A DNA stretch of 64,000 nucleotides from Takakia lepidozioides (GCA_030704615.1 CM060734.1:9424001-9488000), one strand, 5' to 3'. Shown: positions 40,230 through 52,739, counted from the stretch's first letter. The notes: generated from the letters alone by a model not told the origin. Translations and numbers: made by a program.

Positions 40230-42982
40230 TCATCCAGATGCCACCCTCAAACTTTCTTGCTCCTGCTTTGCTCGCTCCAAAATGCGGCGCTCAAGCTCAG
40301 GCCGGAAATGACGGATCAACCCTTGGACAGGCCATGCAGCTGCGTCACCCAATGCACAAATGGTGTGGCCCTCTATTTGTTTTGTTACCTCCTGTTGCCA
40401 CGTTGCACAACACAACTACCTCAGTACCAGTACGTTTTTAATATTGTCACAAGAACATAACGGCGGTTAAATCATCGAGTGCCAGTAGGGCACATTGTCC
40501 TGACTCATCTTTGACAGCTGCTTCAATTCCTGAATGGTGGATGAGCAGCATACCAGGCCTAATCATGAATCAATTACATTGACAAAGATAGGAATATAAA
40601 GAAGGCCAAGACCATTGCTCTGACAGATATGCAATACACGCCTTCAGTGACAAGCCTCACAGAGGGAGACTAATGTCGTGAATAGAGTACGTGGATAATA
40701 GGCATTGCTTCACATGCTGGATGTAAATAAACAGTCCAAAGGAACTTTGATTTTGGCTGTAGCAGAGGCTATGATGGCAATCACAAGCGTCATGTGCTTG
40801 TCAGACAACACAGAGACTACTGTAATACATAAAGGATTCTGACTTTCTCAACTGAAAGTTAGGGTAAATCCAAATAAAATCGACAGCCATGTGTTTTTGC
40901 TACTGCAAATGATGTAATATTACCTGCAACATGTCAATCTCTTCCAGTTTTGCGTTCCCCACCTTCAGCCTCTCCATCATGTACCACAACCAGGGGGTGC
41001 CCTCTCGGCATGGAGTGCACTGCCCACAACTTTCATGCTTGTAGAAATAAGCAAGTCGAGCAATAGCATCCACAACGTCAGTTGACTTGTCCATCACAAT
41101 CACTGCAGCAGTTCCGAGACCTGAATCACAACACAGCAGATAGTATTGAGCAGTGATACTAACTTGGACCCAAGCATTAAGAGGACCGATGAATATTGGA
41201 CAATCAAATCGGCCTAGTGGTCACAACTCACAGTTGGTGGGAAGTAGTTGAGATCATTCAGTTGGTTGTCAAAGACCTCCACACAATCTTCTCATACTTT
41301 CAGGGTATAATACTGACCTGATTGGACTGCCTTCAACGCATCAAAATCCATGAGAATATCATCGCACAGATGCCTGGGAAGCAAGGGAACTGATGACCCG
41401 CCCGGAATAATGGCCAACAAATTGTCCCATCCCCCTCGCACCCCACCACAATGCCGCTCAATCAACTCCTTCAATGGAATACTCATCTCTTCTTCAACTG
41501 TGCACCGCTTGTTCACATGTCCCGAGACGCAAAACAATTTGGTCCCTGAATTATTCTTCCGACCAAAGCTGGCAAACCACTCTGGTCCTCTCCTAAGGAT
41601 TGTAGGGGAGACAGCAACAGTCTCTACATTGGTCACAGTCGTTGGACATCCATAAAGTCCTGCGTTAGCAGGGAAGGGAGGTTTCAATCGTGGTTTTCCC
41701 TGCTTGCCTTCCAAGCTCTCAAGCAATGCAGTCTCCTCCCCACAGATGTAAGCACCAGCTCCATAGTGGATATAGACATCAAAATCATAGCCAGAGCCAC
41801 ATGCATTTTTCCCAAGAAAGCCTGTGCACAGTTACAATCCTAGTGAGTATATCGGCTTACTTAAGGACAATACCAGATATCCAATGTTTTGGAAAAGTGA
41901 CCCTGCCACAGCCTACTACATACCATAACCATTGTTCACCAATAAAAGAAAGTACAAAACTGGACTCCTGATTACCAAACTTAAGCCCAATTTGCAAGGT
42001 CAGCTGATTTTGGACCCCAGCCACATTACTAAAGGAAACAAAACTTTATTTCACACTAATTGATGGGTCCGTTGATTGCCTCTCAGCACATGGATTCTGC
42101 CGAATGACCTTGTCAACTTAGCGGAAGCTGCAGCTGAATCTTCACATGTTGCTTAACCTCAGTTAAGCCTAAATTCTCAGAAGATATGCCAGCCTGCACA
42201 AACCTCCAATGCAATTCATCCATGATGCGTTTGCTGGTGTTAATCAGTTGCAAGTCCAAAACTTCCCTTGAAATCAAAACATAAATCCCCTGTTCGGACC
42301 TGTTTGCGAAGGCTTGTAGCTCCAGCAACCAAAACGTCATACATCTTGAGACTGAAACAAACAAGACAACAGAAGAAGAAAACTAACCTTCTTTGTAACA
42401 CTCACGTAGAGCTCGCTCCAAGTTAAGTCTCTCGTTCACATACTCCCCGCGAATGTAGATGTAGCCGGCCCGCGCCCGCATCCCAACGCCTGCAATCAAG
42501 CAACCCTCCAGAAGCTTGTGAGGATCATGCCTCATGATCTCTCGATCTTTGCAAGTACCTGGTTCGCTCTCGTCGGCGTTAACCACCAGGTACGAGGGGC
42601 GCCCATCGGAGACCTTAGGCATGAAGGACCACTTTAAACCAGACGGAAAGCCTGCACCTCCTCTGCCTCTGAGCCCAGATTTCTTCATTTCATTGATGAT
42701 CCAATCTGTGCCTTTCAACACCAGATCCTTCGTCCGGTACCAGTCACCGCGCTTCAAAGCGCCTTTGAGAAACGGGTCATGCAAACCATACAGATTTGTG
42801 AAGATGCGGTCTTCATCTTTAAGCCCCCCGAAGTGCGTCTTCTCAGCTGGTGGTGGGGGAGGCGGTGGCGGGGGAGATGTAGCCTGGCTGAGAGCTCGAT
42901 GTGATTGGCCTACACAGGTACCATAGCTGCCCCGATTGAGAGCCAGGGCAGCCCTCCTCGCAGTGCTTCCAAAGCTCCTCAT
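40230..42982 (-). CDS. NDUFV1: NADH:ubiquinone oxidoreductase 51-kDa flavoprotein subunit, mitochondrial; 4 exons, 485 aa
   Basis: Exons 42982-42388, 41821-41318, 41120-40924, 40391-40230 (1458 nt). [41 protein letters not shown]; N-terminal transit peptide. Confidence 0.97.
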
Positions 42983-43710
42983 TACAGTAGAATCTCACAG
43001 TTCCTTTCTTCCAAATTACCAACAACCCAGTCCCTAGATCGCACTCTTTGCCCCAATCTCTCAACCAAAAAAACTTTTCCTCTGCCTCTGCCTCTGCCTC
43101 TTCTTCTGCTCCAAATCCATAAGCCTCAGAGCACTATCATGTGCCGAAAAGTTCCCAACCCATCCGCCTTCTTGTCCACCCACTGAGCTGTGATGCACCC
43201 ATACAATCTCCTCGCCCGTCTTGAGAGTGTCGTCGCGGGTCGCCTTCCTTTGATGCTTTATTCATCCGCTGGATGATGTTACCTCTTTATCGTTGCACTG
43301 CCCACAAAGGAAGTGTCCACAAAGGAATTTTCATCACTGATCCCATGTTTACTGTCCCTACAGTGGTAGACTGTTGTCCCTGAGGAGGGCATCAAAGGAA
43401 GGTCTTGTCCCGGGAGTTTGCAAGGTACTTGGGGGAGGGTTGAGACTTGAGACTGTACTGTGCGTGGGCTGCGCAGCTGCTCCGTGGTCGTTTTCAAAGA
43501 CCATTCCAAAACCTCCAGAGTGTAGACATACGATTTATTGGCGTCTGTGGAAGTTTGGGCACGTTCGTGTGTTCTTCATTGTGTAGAGTCCAATGGAGCC
43601 CAAAGTGACTTGCATGAATGTTGCTGAAAGCTCACTAGGACCCCTCCGTGAAGGAGATTGTCAAATGTTGATGCTGTCGAATTTTCGGGCACAAAGGGCT
43701 ACCGTGGAGC

Positions 43711-44307
43711 ATGGAGCAGAGGTGGCATGAGTTTTTTAAAGATCCTTCACAATGGTGGGACAACCCCAATTGCCAGGTGTGTGTACGATGTGAAGAAGTT
43801 TGTCCATCTTGCAAATGTGGGCTCTTCCTCTTAGCATCGTGATTTGGAATTTTTACTGGTGTTTACAAGGGACTTGGGAGGGTCAGCTTGGTCTTAGGAG
43901 GCCGTGTTTCAATCTATGGCTGCTTAGCTGCACCGTTCTCACAGACCAATCCGAGATCACCTGACTACAGACAGAAGCAGCACACACAAGAGGTCCTTTT
44001 GGGTTGATGGTCGGTTGAATCCTCCATGGGTCATGACACAAGTTCAAGGACAAGGTGGTGAGGGCACCTTCTGCTTCAACCTATATCAGCCTGTTTTGCC
44101 CTCTTATCATAGTCGTCCCTGATTTTTCACGTTGAATTCTGCGAGTAAGCTCGTTGGGTGGATCTATGGTGGGTCGGAGTGCTTTTGACATGTTACTGCC
44201 AATGTGGCAACAGGAAAGTATCCAAAAACAGATAGCAGAGACGAGGAGAAGCTTTGGAATGAATATTTGTCCAACCCCAGTCAGTGGTGGGACAATAGAG
44301 CAAAAGG
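43711..44307 (+). other. Upstream exons encoding OSB-type PDF motifs (partly degenerate), 5' of the PPR ORF
   Basis: 43711-43776 MEQRWHEFFKDPSQWWDNPNCQ|GT; 43945-about 44054 TNPRSPDYRQK..(frameshift)..SFWVDGRLNPPWV; 44214-44307 EEKLWNEYLSNPSQWWDNRAK|GT; the motif is completed by IHPRGPDFKHK...SLWI...PAWV in the PPR ORF. Confidence 0.75.
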
Positions 44308-44476
44308 GTGAATGCATGTTAGATTGCAGAGAGAAGCAGACGGAACTAGTGTGGTAACGAGGATTGGGGTGTTTCCTAGAACAGATCTTGGCTGTCATTA
44401 TCAGCTGTTAGTAGCAAGGTGAGGATGCATGCATGACTTGTGCAGAGGCAGGGATAGCTGAAGGAGCTGGGATAGA

Positions 44477-47400
44477 ATGTGGGTCCAGATTCATCCAAGA
44501 GGGCCGGATTTCAAGCACAAGATTACATATGATTCCTTGTGGATCAATAGCTACAAGAAACCTGCATGGGTAGATGGTCAACTGGAAGCAGCGGCGGCGG
44601 CGGCACAGTTGACAAAATCAGGCTCCTCGGCCATGACCACAGCTTTTGAAAGAGGACCAAGAGAGGGAGTCCACAATCCCTCTTCTGGCACTTCTGGGCA
44701 TGTGAGGATGCTATGTGAGGCAGGGCTACTGAAAGAGGCCCTGCAGACTTTACACCAAGGAGGCATTTCAGCAGATTCGGATACTTATGTCTGTCTTTTG
44801 CATACGTGCATCAAGATGAAAGGCCTGGAAGCCGGAAAGCAGGTGCACACTCATATTATCCAAAGTGGATTCAAGCCAAACGTTTTTCTACACAACACCC
44901 TTGTCAACATGTATGTTAAGTGCGGGAGCATCGTGGATGCTCACCAAGTGTTCAACAGAATGCCTGAACGATCTTTGATCACGTGGAATATACTGATGGC
45001 AGGATTTACCAAGCATGGGCGTGGTATGAATGCTTTGGAGACATATGAGCAAATGATGTGGGAAGGAGTGAAGCCCAACCACATCACGTTTGTTTCTGTT
45101 TGCAATGCATGTGCGAGCCTGGCAGCCCTGGAAAAGGGCAAAGAGGTCCATAGTGACATCCTCAAAGCTGGAATTGTCCCAGATGTCATTCTGAACACTG
45201 CCCTGGTGGACATGTATGCCAAATGCCGGAGCATTGAAGATGCAAAGGGAGTGTTTGACAATATGGCTGACCGAAATGTAGTGTCGTGGAACGCGATGAT
45301 TGCAGGATATGCACGGCAGGGGCTCAGGATGGAGGCTTTGGAGACGTATGAGCAAATGTTTCGGGAAGGGGTGCAGCCCAACCACATCACGTTTGTTTGC
45401 GTTTGCAATGCGTGTGCGAGCCTGGCAGCCACAGAAAAGGGCAAAGAGGTTCATAGTGACATTGTCAAAGCTGGAATTGTACCAGATGTCATTCTGAACA
45501 CTGCCCTGGTGGACATGTATGCCAAATGCCGGAGCATTGAAGATGCAAAGGGAGTGTTCAACAATATGGCTGAACGAAATGTGGTGTCCTGGAACGCGAT
45601 GATTGCAGGATACGCACAGCAGGGGTTCGGGATGGAGGCTTTGGAGACCTATGAGCAAATGATACAGGAAGGGGTGAAGCCCGACCACATCACATTAGTT
45701 TGTGTTTGCAATGCGTGTGCGAGCCTGGCAGCCCTGGAAAAGGGCAAAGAGGTCCATGGTGACATTGTCAAAGCTGGAATTGTACCAGATGTCATTCTGA
45801 ACACTGCTCTGATGAACATGTATGCCAAATGTGGGAGCATCGAGGATGCAAAGGGAGTGTTCGACAATATGGCTGAACCAGATGTGGTGTCGTGGAGCAC
45901 GATGATTGCAGGATATGCACAGCAGGGGTGCGGGATGGAGGCTTTGGAGACGTATGAGCAAATGATGCAGGAAGGGGTGATGCCTGACCACATTACGTTT
46001 GTTTGCGTGTGCAATGCGTGTGCGAGCCTGGCGGCCCTGGAAAAGGGCAAAGAGGTCCATGATGACATCATCAAAGCTGGAATTGTACCGAATGTTGTTC
46101 TGAACACTGCTCTGATGAACATGTATGCCCAATGTGGGAGCATTGAGGATTCAAAGGGAGTGTTCGAAAATATGGCTGAACGAGATGTGGTGTCGTGGAG
46201 CACGATGATTGCAGGATATGCACAGCAGGGGTGCGAGATGGAGGCTTTGGAGACGTATGAGCAAATGATGCGGGAAGGAGTAAAGCCCAACCACATCACG
46301 TTCGTTTGCGTTTGCAATGCGTGTGCGAGCCTGGCGGCCCTGGAAAAGGGCAAAGAGGTCCATGGTGATATCGTCAAATCTGGAATTGTACCAGATGTCA
46401 TTCTGAACACTGCCATGGTGGACATGTATGCCAAATGCTGGAGCATTGAAGATGCAAAGGGAGTGTTCGACAATATGGCTGAACGAGATGTGGTGGCATG
46501 GAATGCAATGATTGCAGGATATGCCCAGTATGGGTGCGGGATAGAGGCTTTGGAGACCTATGAGCAAATGATGCGGGAAGGGGTGAAGCCTAACTGGATT
46601 ACGTTCATTGGCGTTTGCAATGCGTGTGTGAGCCTGGCAGCCCTGGAAAAGGGCAAAGAGGTCCATGGTGACATCATCAAAGTCGCAATTGTACCAGATG
46701 TCATTCTGAACACTGCCCTGGTGGACATGTACGCCAAATGCGGCAGCATCAAGGATGCAAAGGGAGTGTTCGACAATATGGCTGAACGAAATGTGGTTTC
46801 CTGGAATGCAATGATTGCAGGATATACCCAGCATGGGTGCGGGATGGAGGCTTTGGAGATGTATAAGCAAATGATGCAGGAAGGGGTGAAGCCCGACCCC
46901 ATCACGTTTCTTTGTGTTTGCAATGCGTGTGTGTGCCTGGCAGCTCTGGAAAAGGGCAAAGAGGTCCATGGTGACATCGTCAAAGCTGGAATTGTACCGG
47001 ATGTTGTTCTGAACACTGCTCTGATGAACATGTATGCCAAATGTGGGAGCATCGAGGATGCAAAGGGAGTGTTTGACATTATGGCCGAACGAGATGTGGT
47101 GTCCTGGAACGCGATGATCGCAGGATATGCCCAGCATGGTTGTCATAGGGAGGCCCTGCAACTTTTTGAAGGAATGCAAAAGGAAGGCTTGAAGCCGGAC
47201 AGTATCGCCTTTCTATGTGTTCTCTCGGCGTGCAGCCACGCTGGCCTACTGGATGAGGGAAGACGCTACTTTGATTCCCTGAGTAAAGATCATGGTGTCA
47301 CCCTGACGGCAAAGCACTTTGGCTGCATGGTGGACCTTCTTGGACGTGCGGGGCAATTGGATGATGCAGAGGACCTCATTAATAAAATGCCAATGAAACC

Positions 47401-48019
47401 AGATGCTGCGGTGTGGATGGCCTTGCTTGGTGCCTGCAGAATCCATGGCAATGTGGAGATGGCCGAACGTGCAGCAACATCTATTCTCAAGTGGGATGAA
47501 CAGGATGCTGCAACTTATGTGTTGCTCTCAAACATCTATGCCGCAGCTGGCAGGTGGGACGATAGTGCAAAGGTGAGAAAAATGATGAAGGTCAGAGGGG
47601 TTAGAAAGGAGCCAGGTCGCTGCTGCATTGTTGTTGGCAACCGGGTGCACACCTTTGTTGTAGATGACAAATTGCATCCCCAAATTAAGGAAATCCATGC
47701 TGAGCTGAGAAGATTGTCTGCGCAGATGAAGGAGGCAGGATATGTGCCTGACACAAGCTTTGTATTGCATGATGTGGGGGAGGAGCAAAAGGAATTTGCT
47801 CTTTGCTACCACAGTGAGAAGCTGGCCATTGGTTTTGGGCTGATCAGCATGGCCGCTAGGACTCCTCTTCGTCTCATCAAGAATCTTCGGGTGTGTGGTG
47901 ACTGCCACACCTCCACCAAGTTCATCTCAAAGATTGTTGGCCGAGCAATTGTTGTGCGGGACGCTCACCGCTTTCACCACTTTGAAGATGGGATTTGTTC
48001 TTGTGGGGATTACTGGTGA
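44477..48019 (+). CDS. PLS-class PPR protein with E1-E2-DYW cytidine deaminase domain (organellar C-to-U RNA editing factor)
   Basis: 1180-aa open frame; seven P-L-S triplets plus P2-L2-S2, PG box (KEPG), HSEKLA, CGDCH, terminal DYW. The true 5' end may include upstream exons. Confidence 0.95.
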   Translation: MWVQIHPRGPDFKHKITYDSLWINSYKKPAWVDGQLEAAAAAAQLTKSGSSAMTTAFERGPREGVHNPSSGTSGHVRMLCEAGLLKEALQTLHQGGISADSDTYVCLLHTCIKMKGLEAGKQVHTHIIQSGFKPNVFLHNTLVNMYVKCGSIVDAHQVFNRMPERSLITWNILMAGFTKHGRGMNALETYEQMMWEGVKPNHITFVSVCNACASLAALEKGKEVHSDILKAGIVPDVILNTALVDMYAKCRSIEDAKGVFDNMADRNVVSWNAMIAGYARQGLRMEALETYEQMFREGVQPNHITFVCVCNACASLAATEKGKEVHSDIVKAGIVPDVILNTALVDMYAKCRSIEDAKGVFNNMAERNVVSWNAMIAGYAQQGFGMEALETYEQMIQEGVKPDHITLVCVCNACASLAALEKGKEVHGDIVKAGIVPDVILNTALMNMYAKCGSIEDAKGVFDNMAEPDVVSWSTMIAGYAQQGCGMEALETYEQMMQEGVMPDHITFVCVCNACASLAALEKGKEVHDDIIKAGIVPNVVLNTALMNMYAQCGSIEDSKGVFENMAERDVVSWSTMIAGYAQQGCEMEALETYEQMMREGVKPNHITFVCVCNACASLAALEKGKEVHGDIVKSGIVPDVILNTAMVDMYAKCWSIEDAKGVFDNMAERDVVAWNAMIAGYAQYGCGIEALETYEQMMREGVKPNWITFIGVCNACVSLAALEKGKEVHGDIIKVAIVPDVILNTALVDMYAKCGSIKDAKGVFDNMAERNVVSWNAMIAGYTQHGCGMEALEMYKQMMQEGVKPDPITFLCVCNACVCLAALEKGKEVHGDIVKAGIVPDVVLNTALMNMYAKCGSIEDAKGVFDIMAERDVVSWNAMIAGYAQHGCHREALQLFEGMQKEGLKPDSIAFLCVLSACSHAGLLDEGRRYFDSLSKDHGVTLTAKHFGCMVDLLGRAGQLDDAEDLINKMPMKPDAAVWMALLGACRIHGNVEMAERAATSILKWDEQDAATYVLLSNIYAAAGRWDDSAKVRKMMKVRGVRKEPGRCCIVVGNRVHTFVVDDKLHPQIKEIHAELRRLSAQMKEAGYVPDTSFVLHDVGEEQKEFALCYHSEKLAIGFGLISMAARTPLRLIKNLRVCGDCHTSTKFISKIVGRAIVVRDAHRFHHFEDGICSCGDYW
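44975..47130 (+). repeat. About seven highly similar 303-bp (101-aa PLS triplet) tandem units within the PPR gene
   Basis: GAAAAGGGCAAAGAGGT recurs at 303-bp spacing. Confidence 0.9.
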
Positions 48020-49253
48020 AATGATGTTTTTCTGGAAAGGTGGGAGTGTCTTGCTTCATTCATGGATCTGTGTAGCTACACAGTTCATCCACCATTTCCT
48101 GAGAATATTGACCATGATGTACTGTTGAGGGCCTGCTTGTTCAGAGGCCTCTGCAAACCATAATGTACCAGATGTTGAACCATACATATCGTTTGATCCA
48201 AAGGAACAATATCAAGATGTTTGTTTCCGCCTGCTGCAGACAGTTCCCTTCATTTCTGACAGTCTGTCATCCATGTCCTCCTCTTCTGGAGTGTCTCTCA
48301 GGGTGCTTTTACAGTCAAACGCATCACAATTTTTGCAAAATGTGCTTGATCGTCTGAATCTCCTGTTGGTGACTTCCAATGAACTTGCTCTGAATTCATA
48401 AACTTTCAAAACGTCACTGTAAATACATCAGAAATTTCCCTCCCTTTGCAAATGATGTGCCTAAAGACAACCAAATGAATAATTTCAGAGCCCAATGAAA
48501 ATCTGTGATGGCCCACATCTACGCCACCTCACTTTCTCCATGGCAGATGAAACCTGGATTTAAACTAGGAGTAATGAATAGGCACTCCAAACTTGATTTG
48601 TGTTCTACTTCATGCACTCTTCATAGAGAGTTCTGCAATAGTGAGCGAAAGAGAACACCTTTTTTGGGGGGGCATTTTTTATTGGTCCAAATTTTGGCGG
48701 GGGAGTAGCCGTGGGATGCTGGAAGCCGCAGAACAAAATTGAGCCAAAAACAAAATCGATACGTGCCAGAAACCCCCACTGAAAGGCAGTGCAAACCTAT
48801 TTATTGGCTTAAAATAGATTTGAATTCAATTAAAAATGTGGAATGGCTTGAGGGGGGAGCGCGTCGATGGGGAGGCAAATGATTTATTCGTCTGTTGTGT
48901 CTCCGCACATGTGTCGCGCACGTGCGGGCAAAAGAGGGGCTTCAACCACAACCGTTCAATGGGTGCAATAGCCGTGTCTGGCTTTGAAAGAATTAGATCG
49001 TTTGCTGTCCATCATAGGTAACGATGGGGAAGGAAGCTTGGATATGTCTATGGTTCAGTCCCAGAACTCTGATCTGTCTCCCGATGATCATGCCGAGTCA
49101 TCTGTTGTTACTCCTTCGGAGCTGTTGATCAAACTCCCAAAGAGACCCCTGTGATCAATGAACCTGCTGCTCTAAATCAAGATGCTTCGCGACCCAGGCT
49201 GAACCTGAACATCTCTGCCACCCGAGACAAGCAATCCGAGTCACATCAATGAA

Positions 49254-52160
49254 TTGATCAGTGAGGTACCTTCTGAGCCGAGAGAGAAAGTGGGAAATGA
49301 GGGTTATTTGCATGACATTGAAGGAGAAGAGCCCACTGCCTGTGAATTAGAAGGATTGAGGGAATTAAGTGAGGCTATGCTAGCCAAGTGTCCTTCATTG
49401 CTCAGGATTGTGGTCAATCAAGCTAACGCCTTAGATATTGTTCAGAAATCAGTCCCTACCACTGCTCCAAAGGCTATTGTCCCCAAGATTCAGGCTCAGG
49501 CGCCATTCCCTGGGTATAAGATAGGTGATGACTTCCTTGACTTTCTAGAATTTTTTGAGAGCACAGCCAAATTAAATGGAGTCCCCCATGACTTTAAAAT
49601 CCTTTCGTTCAAAATAGCTCTCAAGGGATCAGCCAGGACCCTTCTCAATGCTGACATTGTGGATGAAAAGGATCCGACATGGGAAAGAGTCAAGCAAAGT
49701 GGCTGCAAATTGTTTAAACCAGATGAGCTGCCATTGGAGGTCTTTGGTAAGCTCTATCACCGAAATTTCAAAGAAGGTGAGCCCCTCTGGCATATTAGGA
49801 TGTACCTTGATATTAAGGTGGCAACTACTGAGAATTTCAAAGGACTTGAGGAAACAGCTCGAATGATCAAGTTGTTCTTTTGGCAAGGCTTGCCTGCTTC
49901 TGTTCAGACTTGAGCTCGGCAAAAGGTGTTCGCTGATGATGATCATATGGTCAAGGAGGTAGAAATTAAAATGAAAGAGCTGGCTGGTATATAGTATCAA
50001 GGCACCTAGGAAAGAGGTAAGGTTTACCACAAATTCTCAGCCAAGCTCGGACAAGGACTCTGAACGCCCTCACAGTTCCAAGGCTTATGTGTCACCTCCT
50101 CTACAGGCTGCTCGCGCTGAATACCATGAGGCCTTATCAAAAAGGATAGATGGCTTGGAGATTGACCTTGACATCAAGATTACTAACTTTAAGGCTAACC
50201 CGGGTTGGGTGTCTAAGCCAGCTATTGCAGCAGCAACTCCACCTTCTTCAAACAGGGGTAAAACCCAAAAGGGAAACTCCTACCAGCAACAAGGAGCTCA
50301 TTGTTTCATATGTACTGAGGATCCTAACCATGTGTCAAGGTTTTGTCCTTTTAGACCTTCCTACCATGTTGAGTGCCTTCCAGAAAGGCATGGGTGCTTT
50401 AAACGAATGAGGTCTCCCAAGAACAGGGGGTGGGAGATCGCACAAAAGTGAAGCGCCATGTTAATTCTCCAACCATGGCATGGGTTGTTTTGTCAACTAT
50501 TTTTAAGGTTCTACAATATTGCGAGCTCAGCTGCGAGCTCAGGCAAGATCTTATCTCCCCTTTGATGACTCAGTGCCACATGGGACAACTGAAATTTCCT
50601 TGTGTCATTGACATCGGCTGCACGGTCTCTGCCATTTCCTTGAAGTAGTTAGGGTCCTTGGTCTGAAACTTAGCTCAGCTGTTGGCATGGAGGTGATGAT
50701 TGCGGATGGCCCCTCTTATGAACCATTGGGGCTGGTTGCTATACTTATAGGGATCCATGGCAAGGAGGTACTAACGACTTACATTGCACAATGGGCAATC
50801 AATTTTTATTGGGGCAGAACTGGATGAAAGGGGCAGCCGCTACTCTGGATCTAAGTGACAGCACCATGAGTTCAAGAAAGGAAGCTGTAGTACCAGCCCT
50901 CACCACTATTCAAGTAGTGCTAGGTCAGGCCAAGGCAAACCATTTTGTACTAAGGACCACAGTAGAGGAGGTAAGGAAGCACAGTGGTGACAAGGTAACT
51001 TGGGCTCAATTCATGCAAATGGAAGCCATGTCTGACACTCTGATGCAGTGGACTATACCTGGAATCAAACAAAAAGGGGGACATCCTATTCCTATAAGGA
51101 ACAACTCCACTCTCATTCGTACTTGTGCTGATTTTACGATTCTTGCCATGTCACATTAAATTATGGTGCCGCCTGGGCAGGCATGCCTTTATCCAAAGGG
51201 CTATTTCCTGGAAACCCGAGGTTGGCAGAGGTTGTCATTGCAAAAACATTGCATGATAGCCTCTCTGGTGGTGGATCGTGGGTTCAAAAGAGAGTTAAAG
51301 TTCTTGGTTGCTAACCCCGAAAGACTGCCTGTCACTGTGAGGAAAGGACAGGTTTAGCTCGTGTATCAGTGACTCCCCTTGATGACATCTCAGAGATATA
51401 AGAGGGGTTTACATTGCAGGAGTTGGGTCTGGTCAACAATGATGCTGAGGCCTTGGTAGCCTTTGTCAGGTATTCTGCACCCCCGCAATTGAATCATCCT
51501 CATAGTTGTGATGGAGAATACCTTGCCGAAATCATGCAGACCATCAAGGTGGGGGAGCTAAAAGAAGAACAGATGATCAGACTTAAAGATGTCATAAAAA
51601 GGAATGCAGATGTGTTCAGCAAGGGACCCACGGATATTGGCAGGACTACGCTGATTGAACGTAACATTGAGAGTGATGGCAAGCCTATTAAGCAATATGC
51701 CTATTGGGAGAGTGTCAAAGAAAGGTCCAATATAATCCAAGAAGAGGTCACGAGAATGTTGGATGTTGGTGTCATATGTCCTTCTATATCACCTAGGGCC
51801 AGTCCCATTGTTCTAATTGGCAAGAAAGATGATAGCACTCGGTTTTGTGTTGATTTTAGGAGATTGAATGCAAATATAACAAACATATTCTTGGGGCATT
51901 TGTTGACAGCTGAAGGTCTGAAACCAGACGCCACAAACCTTGAGTCTGTCTGGAACTTCCCCACACCAACTGACAAGCATTGTGTGAAGTCCTTCCTGGG
52001 TTTAGCTTCCAGCTACTACAGGAGGTTTATCAAAGATTTTGCCAAGATGGCTAATGCTTGACCAAGCTGTTGTCCAAAGACATCCATTTCTCTTGGGATG
52101 ATGCCCAATACCATGCCAAGTTGCTAGGCTGAAGGTAGCCCTGACCACAATTCCTATTTT
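49254..52160 (+). mobile_element. Degenerate Ty3/Gypsy element: gag, Zn knuckle, protease, dUTPase-like stretch, internally deleted RT
   Basis: CFICTEDPNHVSRFCP; VIDIGCTVSAIS; SPIVLIGKKDDSTRFCVDFRRLN joined directly to FLGHLL...VKSFLGLAS.YYRRFIKDFA; many stops. Confidence 0.85.
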
Positions 52161-52738
52161 GGTTGTTGTGCACCTAAGCATCGTGCCACAACATACACCG
52201 CTGTCTATCACACATTCTAAGCACACAATCCTATATAGCTGTGTCACAATGATAAGAGATGAGAAATGGGGAAAGTGGAAGAGAATGAAAACTCTCAAAG
52301 CATGAAGCAATCACACTAAGAACAAGCCCTAGTCCTTCAAAGTGAAATCCATTCTATCACATAAACTAAGTCAAGCCAAGGCACCTTTGCTAAGGAAATC
52401 CACCCTACAAAGCCATCAACACACTCCCTCTCAATACCTAGAGCTATGGAAGTGAGAGAGCCTCATGGAGGCTCAACTACAAAAGATCAACCCTCACAAG
52501 GGGGAAACCATCCCACGTCCAAGTGAGGCTTGACACCTCACTTGGCATATGAGACCAAATGAAGTCCCAACACACAAAATACAAATATAAATATCCAAAA
52601 TGTCCTAGTTAACTAGAAGTAGGTAATTCTAGTTAACCATGATTAAAACCATGACAGTTGTCGTGCACCTAAGCATCGTGCCACAACATACATCGCTGTC
52701 TATTCTAAGCACACAATCCTATAAAGCTATGCCACAAT
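52161..52738. repeat. About 80-bp direct repeats (52161-52249, 52657-52738) flanking a TG...CA solo-LTR-like insert (52250-52656)
   Basis: GTGCACCTAAGCATCGTGCCACAACATACA occurs twice; the second copy abuts a minus-strand PPT-like G run (52741-52747). Confidence 0.6.
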
Positions 52739-52739
52739 C

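Noticed and set aside
44888-47179. Long minus-strand ORFs over the PPR gene
   Set aside because: Antisense shadows of the 303-bp repeat, with no protein motifs.
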